Positions 1-9,504 of a stretch of 64,000 nt of DNA are shown here, one piece after another. The notes under the pieces are model-generated. The model was not told where the DNA came from, did not search any database, and was given only the letters and a program-made list of their open reading frames with translations. Each line of letters begins with the position of its first letter. The first letter of the stretch is position 1. Both the position numbers and the translations under genes were made by a program. This DNA is from Promethearchaeota archaeon (GTDB lineage Archaea > Asgardarchaeota > Heimdallarchaeia > Hodarchaeales > Hodarchaeaceae), in assembly GCA_048938105.1 (NCBI GenBank), contig JBHLMN010000004.1, forward strand, positions 192,001 through 256,000. The letters are read 5' to 3'.

Positions 1-1
1 G

Positions 2-877
2 AGGAAGATTGCAGAAACAGTTCATGAATATGGAGATGGATGTAGGATTGCAATTCAATTAGCTCATTCTGGATTTCAATCTTTGTTAGAAAACACAATA
101 GCGCCATCTGCTGTTCTTGAACAAATGATGAATAACATGCCACGAGAAATGACGGTTAAAGAAATAGAAGAAATTATAGAAGCTTTTGCAAAGTCTGTAT
201 GGAGAGCAAAAGAAGCAGGATTCGATGCGGTTCAACTCCATGCTGCTCATGGATATTTATTAAGCGAATTTTTGTCACCATTCACGAATAAAAGAACAGA
301 TGGATATGGTGGTAACACAACAAAACGGATCAAAATCATTGAAGATATTTACAAAAGATCTATTGAATTTGTAGGTAAGGACTTCCCGATTTTGATCAAA
401 ATGAATGTAGACGATTTTTTAGAAGGAGGAATTGACCTAAAAGAGTCTCAAAAAATAGCAGAAAAACTTTCACGAATAGGATTTGCAGCTATTGAAACTA
501 GTAGCTGTATGTGGGCCGTTGTATTACGAAATGAAGAGGAAATTGGATTTTCCCCCTCTTTTATTCCGGAAAGTCGAATAAAAATAAACTCTAAGGATAA
601 AGAGGCTTATCATCGTCCGTATGCAAAAGAAATCAAGAAAGTTATTGGAGCTACTCCATTAATTCTTGTTGGTGGAATTAGATCTCTTGATGTAATTGAG
701 GAGATCTTGGCTGAGGGAAGTGCCGATTTTATCGCTCTAAGTCGTCCTTTGATTAGGGAGCCCAATCTCCCAAATAAATGGTTAAATGGAACTGGGGGAT
801 TAACTGCTGAATGTATTTCCTGTAATGGATGTATTGGAGTTGTAGCTCAAGAAGGTGTCCATTGTACTCAAATATAA
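2..877 (+). CDS. NADH:flavin oxidoreductase (Old Yellow Enzyme family), 5'-truncated by window edge
   Basis: Frame is open from base 2 (RKIAETVHEYGDGCRIAIQLAHSG...). Motifs AGFDAVQLHAAHGYLLSEFLSP, NKRTDGYGG, SRPLIREP and C-terminal CISCNGC. Confidence 0.92.
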   Translation, partial: RKIAETVHEYGDGCRIAIQLAHSGFQSLLENTIAPSAVLEQMMNNMPREMTVKEIEEIIEAFAKSVWRAKEAGFDAVQLHAAHGYLLSEFLSPFTNKRTDGYGGNTTKRIKIIEDIYKRSIEFVGKDFPILIKMNVDDFLEGGIDLKESQKIAEKLSRIGFAAIETSSCMWAVVLRNEEEIGFSPSFIPESRIKINSKDKEAYHRPYAKEIKKVIGATPLILVGGIRSLDVIEEILAEGSADFIALSRPLIREPNLPNKWLNGTGGLTAECISCNGCIGVVAQEGVHCTQI

Positions 878-885
878 CACCTCAA

Positions 886-1893
886 TCATTGATTAAAAGT
901 ACCGATAGTATCTATTGCTAACTCTGGAGTACAATTGGGGGGTAGAGAAACGACAGGAATATTAGTACCTTGTTGTCGTAGTTCATTATAGCGTGTGATA
1001 ACATACTCAGGGGATCCTACTACTGCAATCCGATCAAGCATATCCCTTGTTACATTTTTAGCGGCAACATCACGATCCCCTGCTTGAAATGCCGCTCTAA
1101 TTTTATTTGCTTCCGTCTCAAAACCAAACCTTTTCACAATTTCAAAATAAAATGTCCCCATTCCACCTATGTAATAAGCTAAATTCCTCTGAATAAGGTA
1201 TTTTGCTTTTTCAGATTCTGAAGCACAAGTAGGAATGTAGGGAGCAATTATAATCTCTTTCCCAAGTTCTGGTTTTCGTTTGGAAAATCCTTTTCTTAAA
1301 TCTTCCTTCGTGCTAGGAATTTCAGTGAAGGAAGTCCAGATCGGGAGCCATCCATCTGCTAATTCGCCTGTAATCTGAACATTTTTTCTACCCATTGCTG
1401 CGAGGAATAATGGTATATCAAGAGGTGTGTTAAAACCGCGTATTTTGAATCGTTTCAAAGAATAAATCTTTCCAGAGTAATTTACACGTTCCCCTAGTAG
1501 AATTAAACGCAATATCTCTAAGTACTCACGAGTCCGTTGCAGGGGAGAAAATTGATAATAATTTATACCATGCCAATCTTGAACGACTATAGGGCCACTT
1601 AATCCTAATCCTAAAATAAATCGTCCTTCTGTAAGTTCATATAAGCTCGCTGCTGTTTGAGCCAATGTAGCAGGAGTACGGGAATACAGATTTACAATAC
1701 CTGTTCCTAGAAGAAGCTCAGAAGTGTAATGTGACATGGCTGCTACTTGAGTAAAAGCATCATGCCCCCAGGCTTCTGGAATAAACAAATGGGTGAAATT
1801 TGAATTATCGAGGAGGGATATCAAATTATGACACAAAGAAGGTGGGAGAAAATCATAGGACAAAGTGAATCCTAGTTTTTTTTGAGTCTTCAT
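886..1893 (-). CDS. LLM-class (luciferase-like, probably F420-dependent) oxidoreductase
   Basis: PEAWGHDAF, LGTGIVNLYSRTPATLAQTAASL, GRFILGLG, AAMGRKN...GELADGW. Confidence 0.88.
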   Translation of the reverse strand: MKTQKKLGFTLSYDFLPPSLCHNLISLLDNSNFTHLFIPEAWGHDAFTQVAAMSHYTSELLLGTGIVNLYSRTPATLAQTAASLYELTEGRFILGLGLSGPIVVQDWHGINYYQFSPLQRTREYLEILRLILLGERVNYSGKIYSLKRFKIRGFNTPLDIPLFLAAMGRKNVQITGELADGWLPIWTSFTEIPSTKEDLRKGFSKRKPELGKEIIIAPYIPTCASESEKAKYLIQRNLAYYIGGMGTFYFEIVKRFGFETEANKIRAAFQAGDRDVAAKNVTRDMLDRIAVVGSPEYVITRYNELRQQGTNIPVVSLPPNCTPELAIDTIGTFNQ

Positions 1894-2064
1894 TACAATC
1901 CATTTATACCAATCAAACTTCAGACAAATAATTTTCCTATTTTGAAATTATTTCGAAATATTAAACTACTATGTTTGTAAGAATGTAACAACGCGACTTC
2001 TAAAGAAATCAGTCATGTCAGTTAATTTTTAATATTATTTTTCCAATAAAAAGAACTAAAACAG

Positions 2065-5000
2065 TTGATATATAAAATGCAACATAATTCTTTCATTGAA
2101 AAACAACGGGAATTAAAAATGCAGTATCATGCAGTTATTGATGCGATGGCTGAACCAATCCACATTGTTAATAAAAATCTGGAGATCCTTTTTATAAACA
2201 AAGCCTTTAAACGTTGGGTTAGGAACTTAGGATTAGAATTAGATATAATTGGTCAAAAATTGTTTGACCTTTATCCTTTTTTACCTGATAAAATTCAGGA
2301 TGAATATCATCAAATCTTTACCTCTGGGAAATCTCTTATTACCGAAGAAACTCAAAAAGTTAGAAATGTAGAGGTATCAACACAAATCGAAAAAGATCCT
2401 ATCTTCAGTGAGGGTGAAGTTAAATGGGTTGTAACTATTTATCGCAACATTACTGAGCATAAACAGATGGAGAAGTCTATAGAAGAGACTGAAGAGAAAT
2501 TACAGCTGTTTATGGACTCCACAATCGATGCTTTCTCTTTATGGGATTCAGATTTGAATTTAATTTCAACAAATAAGGCTGCAATGCGGATGATTCCACA
2601 AGAAATTAGGGAGAAAGGTGTAATAGGTGCAAATCTGGTAGAATTTGATTTTACTAGAGCAAAGGGAACATATAGCAAGTATATGAACGTGATAAAGACG
2701 GGAATACCTTATGTTGTTGAAAATTCTGTTCCTCATCCAATATTTGGAGATAAATATTTCAATATTAAGGCATTCAAAGTAGGTAGTGGGATGGGAATGA
2801 TTATCAGGGATATTACGGAACAAAAAAGAGCGGAAGAAGAAATAAGGAGGAGCGAAGAAAAATTCCGTAGGCTTACTGAGAATATCTTCGATGTAGTATT
2901 AGAAGCAAACTCCGATGGAAAACTTATATATATCAGCCCAGAAGTATTTAATCTTCTTGGTTACCGGCCTAATGAAATAATAGGAATACAAGGCCTTAAT
3001 TTTATCCACCCTGATGATTTAGAAAAAGCTACTAAGGCTATGGCTAAAACTGCAAATCTTAAAGATAGGATTGAAGTTGAGTACAGAGCGCAACATAAAG
3101 ATGGCCATTATGTGCCTATTTCTGGGGCTTTAAGGAGGATTCAAGAGGGTGATGATTTCAAACTGATTGGGGTATTTAGAGACATTACTGAACACAAAAA
3201 AACTGAATTCGAATTGAAACAAAGTAAAACAATTACTGATAACTTAAACGAGGCACTCCTTCTGTTCGATATGGATGGATTAGCCTCATTTGCAAATCCA
3301 ACTTATGAAAAGATCACGGGATATAAAAGCAGTGAATTAATAGGAAAAAGTGGGATTGAGATTGCGAAAAAGACTGTAGTACCACATGAAGTAGACAAGA
3401 TCGTAGAGACTTTTGGAAAAGCAGTTAAAGGAGAAGAGTTACCACCCCTATCAACCTATTTAAAGAATAAAAATGGCAAAATAACGCCAATAGACTTTAC
3501 TGTGTCTTTTGTTAGGGATGACCAAGGTAATGCTATTCAAATAGTTGCGGTTATTAGAGATATCACAGAACAAAAACAAGCAGAGGAGAAATTACGAAGT
3601 TTCGTGGATGCTGCAATCGATCCCTTCCTTCTTTTTGATTCAGATTTAAATATTATTGACATAAACGAAACTGCATTAAAGGGCCTAGGAGTAAACAGGG
3701 AGGATGTACTAGGAATGGCTATACTTGACATATCGCCTGATCTTAAAGAGACAGGCCGATATAATAGATATATGGAGGTTATGATGACAGGAAAACCCCT
3801 TGTCATACAGGATCTTGTACCATCTCCCAAATTTGGCGAAATACATGTTGAATTGAAGGCGTTCAAAGTGGGTGATGGACTAGGACTGATTACCAGAGAC
3901 ATAACTGAGAATAGAAGAGCTGAAGAAGCATTAAGGGAGAGTGAAGAGAAGTTCAGATTGTTGTCTGAACAAAGTATGCTTGGGATTGTAATCCTCCAAG
4001 ATGGGTTGATAAAATATGTCAATAATGCTTTAGCGGAAATGATAGAGATTACTCCTGAAGAGATGTTAAAATGGAAAGCAGATGAATGGGTGTCAGCTAT
4101 GCATCCAGATGACCGTTCAATTGCAATTCAACAAGCACGAAAAAAACAAATGGGGGAAATAGATGTCGTTATACACTCTTCCTATCGTCTTATAACAAAG
4201 ACTGGAAAAACAAAATGGGTAGAGAATTACTCAAAAACAATAACCTATAAGGGAAAAACAGCTGATTTTATCACCCTAATTGACATTACTGAGCGAATAA
4301 AAGCAGAGGAAGCGTTACGGGAGAGTGAAGAACGATTAAGAGCATTCATGGACTCTGCAACTGATGCTTTCTCTCTTTGGGATTCAAAACTCAACTTAAT
4401 TGATATCAATAAAGCTGGCATGGAGATAATTCCCGTAGAGATCAAGAAAACGGGTGTAATAGGAAGGAATTTTACAGAATTCGGTTCTATGACTAAGGAA
4501 ATAGTAAATTATAATAGATATATAGAAGTTATAAGGACTGGTAAACCCTTAATTATGGAGAATATTGTTACTGGTACTCTATTTGGTAATATTCATGTAA
4601 TTATAAAAGCATTTAAGGTTGGTAAGGGGATGGGAATGATTGTAACAGACATTACTAAACACAAAGAGGCAGAAAAAGCCCTGAGAGAGAGCGAAAAGAA
4701 ATATCGAACGATTTTAGAGAGTATCGAAGACGGTTATTATGAGGTTGATTTAGCTGGAAATTTGACCTTTTTCAATGATTCATTATGCAAATTACTTGGA
4801 TATTCAAAAAATGAATTAATTGGTATGAATTATAGAGCTTACATGGATGATGAGACTGGCAATAAAGTATATCATACATTTAATACAGTTTATGAATCGG
4901 GGCGACCAACTAAGGCTACTGATTGGGAGATTATTAGAAAAGATAGAACTAAGAGGTTTAATGAAGCTTCTATCTCTCTAATATTAAAATCTTCAGGAGA

Positions 5001-6498
5001 ACCTGTAGGATTTCGGGGTGTAGTTCGTGATATAACAAAACGCATGGAAATGGAAGAAGCATTACGAGAGAGTGAGGTGAAATTTCGAAATATTATTGAA
5101 TCCATTCCCATGGGTATGCATATGTATCAAATAGAGGAAGATGGAAATCTAATATTTATTGGCGCTAACCATGCTGCTGATGAAATCCTAGGGATAAATC
5201 ACGAACAGTTAAAAGGGAAAACAATTGAAGATGCGTTCCCTTCCTCTATGGAAACTGAAATCCCTGATCACTACCGTGCTGCTGCCACGAAAGGGATAAT
5301 ATGGACAAGTGACGAAATAACTTATGAAGACGAACGGATTAAAGGTGCCTATGAGGTTTGTGCTTTCCAGACGTCACCAGGAATGATGGTGGCCTCATTC
5401 CTTGATATTACTGAACGTAAAAAAACTGAAGAATCGCTGAAAGAGAGCGAGCGGAAATATAGGACACTTATAACAACAATGACTGATGGTATTGTGGTTA
5501 CTGACATATTTAACAGAATAACATTAGTAAATCCTGCTTTAGAAAAGATGCTTGGATTTAATGAAGATGAGATGTTGGATCATTTAGTGATTGAATTTTT
5601 AGACCCTGATTCAATCGAAATCTTCAAAGAAAAAAGCAAGCAACGACATTCGGGCCTGGTTCCCTCTGAAGAATATGAACTTGTATTTATTAATAAAAAT
5701 GGAGATAAAGTAACCACACGAGTTGCAGCTAAAGTTTTAATGGTGGGATCTCAAATCAGTGGTTCTTTTGCAGTGATTTCAGATATAACTAAGGAACGTG
5801 AATTAGAACAAAGACGCGCTAGTTTCATGTCGATGACTGCTCATGAATTACGTACGCCTACAACAATCATTCGGGGTTATGCAGAGCTTCTTGAAGCCTT
5901 TTTTAGTGATCTTGGATTAGAACAGAATGAAAAATTCTTTATTCCTCTCCAAAAAATCATTAAGAATGTCCAGCGTCTCGAAAGGTTGATTTCAGATGTA
6001 AGAGACATTATGAGGATTGATAGAGGTGTTTTTCAGTTACAAAAAGAACCAGTCATTATTAATGAATTGCTAGATGAATTCCTCAGTTCATATAAAGTAA
6101 TATTAAAAGATCAATTAGAATATTCCATATCATATCTCGATTCTCCTGTTCAAATTGAAAGTGATCCAGTACGTCTACTTCAAGTATTCGGTAACTTAAT
6201 GCAGAATGCTATAGATCACACTTCAAAAGATAATCGTCAGATAACTGTCAGCTCTACGATCACTTCTGAAGATATAATAATTAAATTTTCCGATAATGGC
6301 GCTGGTATTGAACCTACATATTTAGAAAAGATATTTGAGCCATTTTTATCTATTCCAACCGAATTTACTGTTCAAGGTACAGGTGTTGGCTTATATTTAT
6401 CAAGATTTATTATACAGGCCCATAATGGGATTCTATTAGCCTCCAGTAAAGGAAAAGGATTTGGTGCAACCTTCACTGTAAGATTACCAAGAACTTAA
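2065..6498 (+). CDS. Cytoplasmic multi-PAS sensor histidine kinase (10 PAS/PAC + HisKA + HATPase_c)
   Basis: Ten repeats end in (R/D)DITE-like motifs. H-box TAHELRTP, N-box NLMQNAIDH, G1 DNGAGI, G2 GTGVGL. No TM segment. Confidence 0.93.
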   Translation: MIYKMQHNSFIEKQRELKMQYHAVIDAMAEPIHIVNKNLEILFINKAFKRWVRNLGLELDIIGQKLFDLYPFLPDKIQDEYHQIFTSGKSLITEETQKVRNVEVSTQIEKDPIFSEGEVKWVVTIYRNITEHKQMEKSIEETEEKLQLFMDSTIDAFSLWDSDLNLISTNKAAMRMIPQEIREKGVIGANLVEFDFTRAKGTYSKYMNVIKTGIPYVVENSVPHPIFGDKYFNIKAFKVGSGMGMIIRDITEQKRAEEEIRRSEEKFRRLTENIFDVVLEANSDGKLIYISPEVFNLLGYRPNEIIGIQGLNFIHPDDLEKATKAMAKTANLKDRIEVEYRAQHKDGHYVPISGALRRIQEGDDFKLIGVFRDITEHKKTEFELKQSKTITDNLNEALLLFDMDGLASFANPTYEKITGYKSSELIGKSGIEIAKKTVVPHEVDKIVETFGKAVKGEELPPLSTYLKNKNGKITPIDFTVSFVRDDQGNAIQIVAVIRDITEQKQAEEKLRSFVDAAIDPFLLFDSDLNIIDINETALKGLGVNREDVLGMAILDISPDLKETGRYNRYMEVMMTGKPLVIQDLVPSPKFGEIHVELKAFKVGDGLGLITRDITENRRAEEALRESEEKFRLLSEQSMLGIVILQDGLIKYVNNALAEMIEITPEEMLKWKADEWVSAMHPDDRSIAIQQARKKQMGEIDVVIHSSYRLITKTGKTKWVENYSKTITYKGKTADFITLIDITERIKAEEALRESEERLRAFMDSATDAFSLWDSKLNLIDINKAGMEIIPVEIKKTGVIGRNFTEFGSMTKEIVNYNRYIEVIRTGKPLIMENIVTGTLFGNIHVIIKAFKVGKGMGMIVTDITKHKEAEKALRESEKKYRTILESIEDGYYEVDLAGNLTFFNDSLCKLLGYSKNELIGMNYRAYMDDETGNKVYHTFNTVYESGRPTKATDWEIIRKDRTKRFNEASISLILKSSGEPVGFRGVVRDITKRMEMEEALRESEVKFRNIIESIPMGMHMYQIEEDGNLIFIGANHAADEILGINHEQLKGKTIEDAFPSSMETEIPDHYRAAATKGIIWTSDEITYEDERIKGAYEVCAFQTSPGMMVASFLDITERKKTEESLKESERKYRTLITTMTDGIVVTDIFNRITLVNPALEKMLGFNEDEMLDHLVIEFLDPDSIEIFKEKSKQRHSGLVPSEEYELVFINKNGDKVTTRVAAKVLMVGSQISGSFAVISDITKERELEQRRASFMSMTAHELRTPTTIIRGYAELLEAFFSDLGLEQNEKFFIPLQKIIKNVQRLERLISDVRDIMRIDRGVFQLQKEPVIINELLDEFLSSYKVILKDQLEYSISYLDSPVQIESDPVRLLQVFGNLMQNAIDHTSKDNRQITVSSTITSEDIIIKFSDNGAGIEPTYLEKIFEPFLSIPTEFTVQGTGVGLYLSRFIIQAHNGILLASSKGKGFGATFTVRLPRT

Positions 6499-6540
6499 GA
6501 TTTGCCTCAAGTTGAGAAAGGGATTGTCAATTATGAATTT

Positions 6541-7710
6541 TTATTTTCGTCCGAAAGCAATCTTTAGTAAAGATTCAGCGTCCTTAAAAACGTTCTTTGT
6601 AATAACCGCGTATTCTATGTCATCTAAACCATATTTTAAGTTGAACATATTACCAAATGAATCCAATGCACTCCATAAAAAGCTGGAAATCCGATCCACC
6701 ATGAGAAAGAGGATAAAATTTTCATTCTGAGATAACATGATTTTTTTGTCTAGAAAATGGATCATTCTAATATTTTTAGCTTGGACCATCTCCGTAAACA
6801 GACTTAAAATGGCATAAACACCTCCAGATAGTAATAAGTCCTGTTCACTAGTATAATCTTGGTCTTTTGGTCGTGCAAAATCATATGAGAATAATAACAT
6901 CCCTGATCGATTAATAACCAATAATTTCTCAATTTTCTGAAATTGTAGAAACCCTACTGGTGCTTTTACGTAAGCTTGATAAATTAGGAGACTTCCTATT
7001 ATAACATTTATATGCGGTGCAATGTGCTTTAAGAATACCTCTGTAGTAGGATCCATTAAATAAGCAAGTTGATAGGCACTTGCGACAACAACTAACGTAA
7101 CAAAATAATATAGTACGATCACCCATTGCATCAACATAACTTGATTTCTTTGTGTTTCATCATCAATATTTCTTTTAATTCTTCTCAGAGATCTCAAGGT
7201 CACAATAATTACATAAATTACAAAATATGAAACTGGGAAATTCGTCGATAAGAGAAAATTCATGATTAATAATATAAGAGTGTCTGCCTCTAGTATACTT
7301 AATGGGAAGACTTCTGGAACCACGATTTGATGCATTACATTTAAAAGGAAAGCACCAAAAAATAATCCATAAATGAAACCATGTAATGCGTTTATTCTTT
7401 CATTCTCGAAATAATCTATGAATAGCATGAAAAATCCAGCAGTTAACCCACCAAAGAAAGGTAATAACCAGACTATAACATTACCTTCTTGTAAATAAAA
7501 GCTAATTACATCATTAAAATTTAACAGAAAAAACCAGAATTCTATTATAATGAAAATAATGTACAAGAGATAAAAAAATGCAAGTAAAGATACTACTGTG
7601 ATTCTTGTTTCTCTCCATCTTTTACTTAATCTATAAAATACCACGCCACTAACGATTAAATCGAGTAAGAAGACACCAAAACCAAAGTAACTAATTATTG
7701 TTGGTGCCAT
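6541..7710 (-). CDS. 7-TM membrane protein with C-terminal longin-like domain
   Basis: About 7 hydrophobic segments in the first ~250 aa. C-terminus LLVINRSGMLLFSYDF...LLSGGVYAILSLFTEM...IRMIHFLDKKIML...FILFLMVD fits the longin beta-beta-alpha-beta-beta-beta-alpha-alpha pattern. Confidence 0.7.
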   Translation of the reverse strand: MAPTIISYFGFGVFLLDLIVSGVVFYRLSKRWRETRITVVSLLAFFYLLYIIFIIIEFWFFLLNFNDVISFYLQEGNVIVWLLPFFGGLTAGFFMLFIDYFENERINALHGFIYGLFFGAFLLNVMHQIVVPEVFPLSILEADTLILLIMNFLLSTNFPVSYFVIYVIIVTLRSLRRIKRNIDDETQRNQVMLMQWVIVLYYFVTLVVVASAYQLAYLMDPTTEVFLKHIAPHINVIIGSLLIYQAYVKAPVGFLQFQKIEKLLVINRSGMLLFSYDFARPKDQDYTSEQDLLLSGGVYAILSLFTEMVQAKNIRMIHFLDKKIMLSQNENFILFLMVDRISSFLWSALDSFGNMFNLKYGLDDIEYAVITKNVFKDAESLLKIAFGRK

Positions 7711-7816
7711 GATTAATTCCTAACAAAAATATTTCAGGCTTGAATATATCTAGAATGCTTTTCTCTTTCTTTTAAGAAGTTAATTAATTAAAGCATTAGG
7801 ATTTATCATATCTTTC

Positions 7817-8701
7817 TTATTTTTCAGGAAATAATGGCTTAAAACTATCTGCTTTTGCTCTTTGAATTATCTCTTTCTGTTCAATCATTTCTAATTTCTT
7901 GAATTTCTCGCCAGCTTTAAGCACTAATGGCCATAATCGGAGATCACAGGGTAATGAATAAGTTGTAACACCTTCTTGAGAGAGTGTAAATCCAACAGCA
8001 TCATCGATCCACGGCTGTTCATCTAGTGGTTGGTACCAAGTTCCATATTTTTTTGCGAATGTCCATCTCCTTCTAGAGATAGCTTTAATAGCAATGACTC
8101 CAATGCTTTTTTCATTAGCTAGCTTTAGAACTGGTCGAAAATCGTTACTTGGATGAGGATGAGCCATCGCAGCGACATAAACAGGTAATAGAATTGTGTA
8201 AAAGTCTTCATAGGAATTCAGTGCTTTTAATAGGATTCTCATGTCACTGTGACATGTAATACCGATATTCTTTATGAGACCTGTTTCTTTAGCCTCTTGA
8301 AAAGCTTCAATGGCACCATTCTTGCCTAAAATTTGCTCTAATTCTTCCATTGTCGATACTGCATGGAATTGATACAAATCAAAATAAGATGTACCTAATC
8401 GTTTTAGGGAGCGTTGTAGTTCATTCCAAGCACCATCTTTAGTTCTCTCCATCGTTTTCTCTGCTAAAAAGATTTTATTACGGATTTTTGGAATCCAAGG
8501 CTGAAGTCTAACCTCTGCTTCCCCATAGGAGGGAGAAACATCAATGATATTTATTCCTCGCTTCCTCGCTTCTTTAATGGCTTCATCAGCTTTCTCTTGA
8601 GCATTCTTTGGTTCCTGTTCATGTAACCATCCTAATGCGCAGCCTCCTAAGGTTATTATTGATGCATTGTGCCCAGTTCTCCCAAAGGGCCTAAGATCCA
8701 T
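7817..8701 (-). CDS. Aldo/keto reductase
   Basis: RPFGRTG, GINIIDVSPSYGEAE, SLKRLGTSYFDLYQFH. Confidence 0.9.
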   Translation of the reverse strand: MDLRPFGRTGHNASIITLGGCALGWLHEQEPKNAQEKADEAIKEARKRGINIIDVSPSYGEAEVRLQPWIPKIRNKIFLAEKTMERTKDGAWNELQRSLKRLGTSYFDLYQFHAVSTMEELEQILGKNGAIEAFQEAKETGLIKNIGITCHSDMRILLKALNSYEDFYTILLPVYVAAMAHPHPSNDFRPVLKLANEKSIGVIAIKAISRRRWTFAKKYGTWYQPLDEQPWIDDAVGFTLSQEGVTTYSLPCDLRLWPLVLKAGEKFKKLEMIEQKEIIQRAKADSFKPLFPEK

Positions 8702-8748
8702 ATGATCACCAAATTAAAATTTATAAGGTCAGTTATTTCTTATCAGTT

Positions 8749-9486
8749 ATGGATTTTTTCGATAATGATTCACGAGTTTATATTAATCCTTCTGAAACGA
8801 TTAAATTTTATCGTGCTGCTTATCCACTCCCGTTGAAACTGATTTATTCACCGTTTTCTCGTCCTGAGCTTCCACAGAAGAGTAAGAAAAGGAAAATTAA
8901 AGAATTACCGGCGTTATATCAAGGTACACATTTATATTGTATAGATAATAAAGTTTTATACTTCCAAGGATTAATGGGGGCATCTACAACTGCTATTTTT
9001 CTTGAACAATTAATTGCACTTGGAATAAAGGAATTCATATTTCTAGGATTAGCTGGAGCAATTCAAAAGGCTAAGATTGGTGATCGAATTATTGTAACAG
9101 AGGCTATACGGTTGGAAGGTACAAGTTATCACTACCTACCAGTCAATATCCCAAGTGTCCCATCAGAAAATTTGTTCAACGATTTAGTAGAGTTTCTTAA
9201 TTCAAAAGGAGTTCCATTTGCTAAAGGTACAATTTGCAGCACAGATGCTCCTTTTAGAGAAACTTTTAATTTGGTTGAACAATTACGACTGAAAGAAGTA
9301 ATTGCTATTGAGATGGAAACAGCAGCTGCCTTTGCTATAGCGAATTTTCGAAATGTGAAAGCTGCAGCATTGGTAATCATTAGCGATGAACTTAAGGAAA
9401 ACCAATGGTCAGGATTTCAACCAGATCATTTTTCTGAATCATTTATCTCTAGTTTTAATCACTTAGTAGATTTTTTTTCTCGATGA
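8749..9486 (+). CDS. Nucleoside phosphorylase (PNP/UDP family 1)
   Basis: MGASTTAIFLEQLIALG, FLGLAGAI, EGTSYHY, STDAPFRET, IEMETAA, ISDEL. Confidence 0.9.
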   Translation: MDFFDNDSRVYINPSETIKFYRAAYPLPLKLIYSPFSRPELPQKSKKRKIKELPALYQGTHLYCIDNKVLYFQGLMGASTTAIFLEQLIALGIKEFIFLGLAGAIQKAKIGDRIIVTEAIRLEGTSYHYLPVNIPSVPSENLFNDLVEFLNSKGVPFAKGTICSTDAPFRETFNLVEQLRLKEVIAIEMETAAAFAIANFRNVKAAALVIISDELKENQWSGFQPDHFSESFISSFNHLVDFFSR

Positions 9487-9504
9487 CTAATTCTATTTGC
9501 TTTA

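Noticed and set aside
863-877. C-terminal CaaX-like motif (CTQI) as a prenylation substrate
   Set aside because: The Cys belongs to the CxxCxxC...C cluster typical of this oxidoreductase subfamily.
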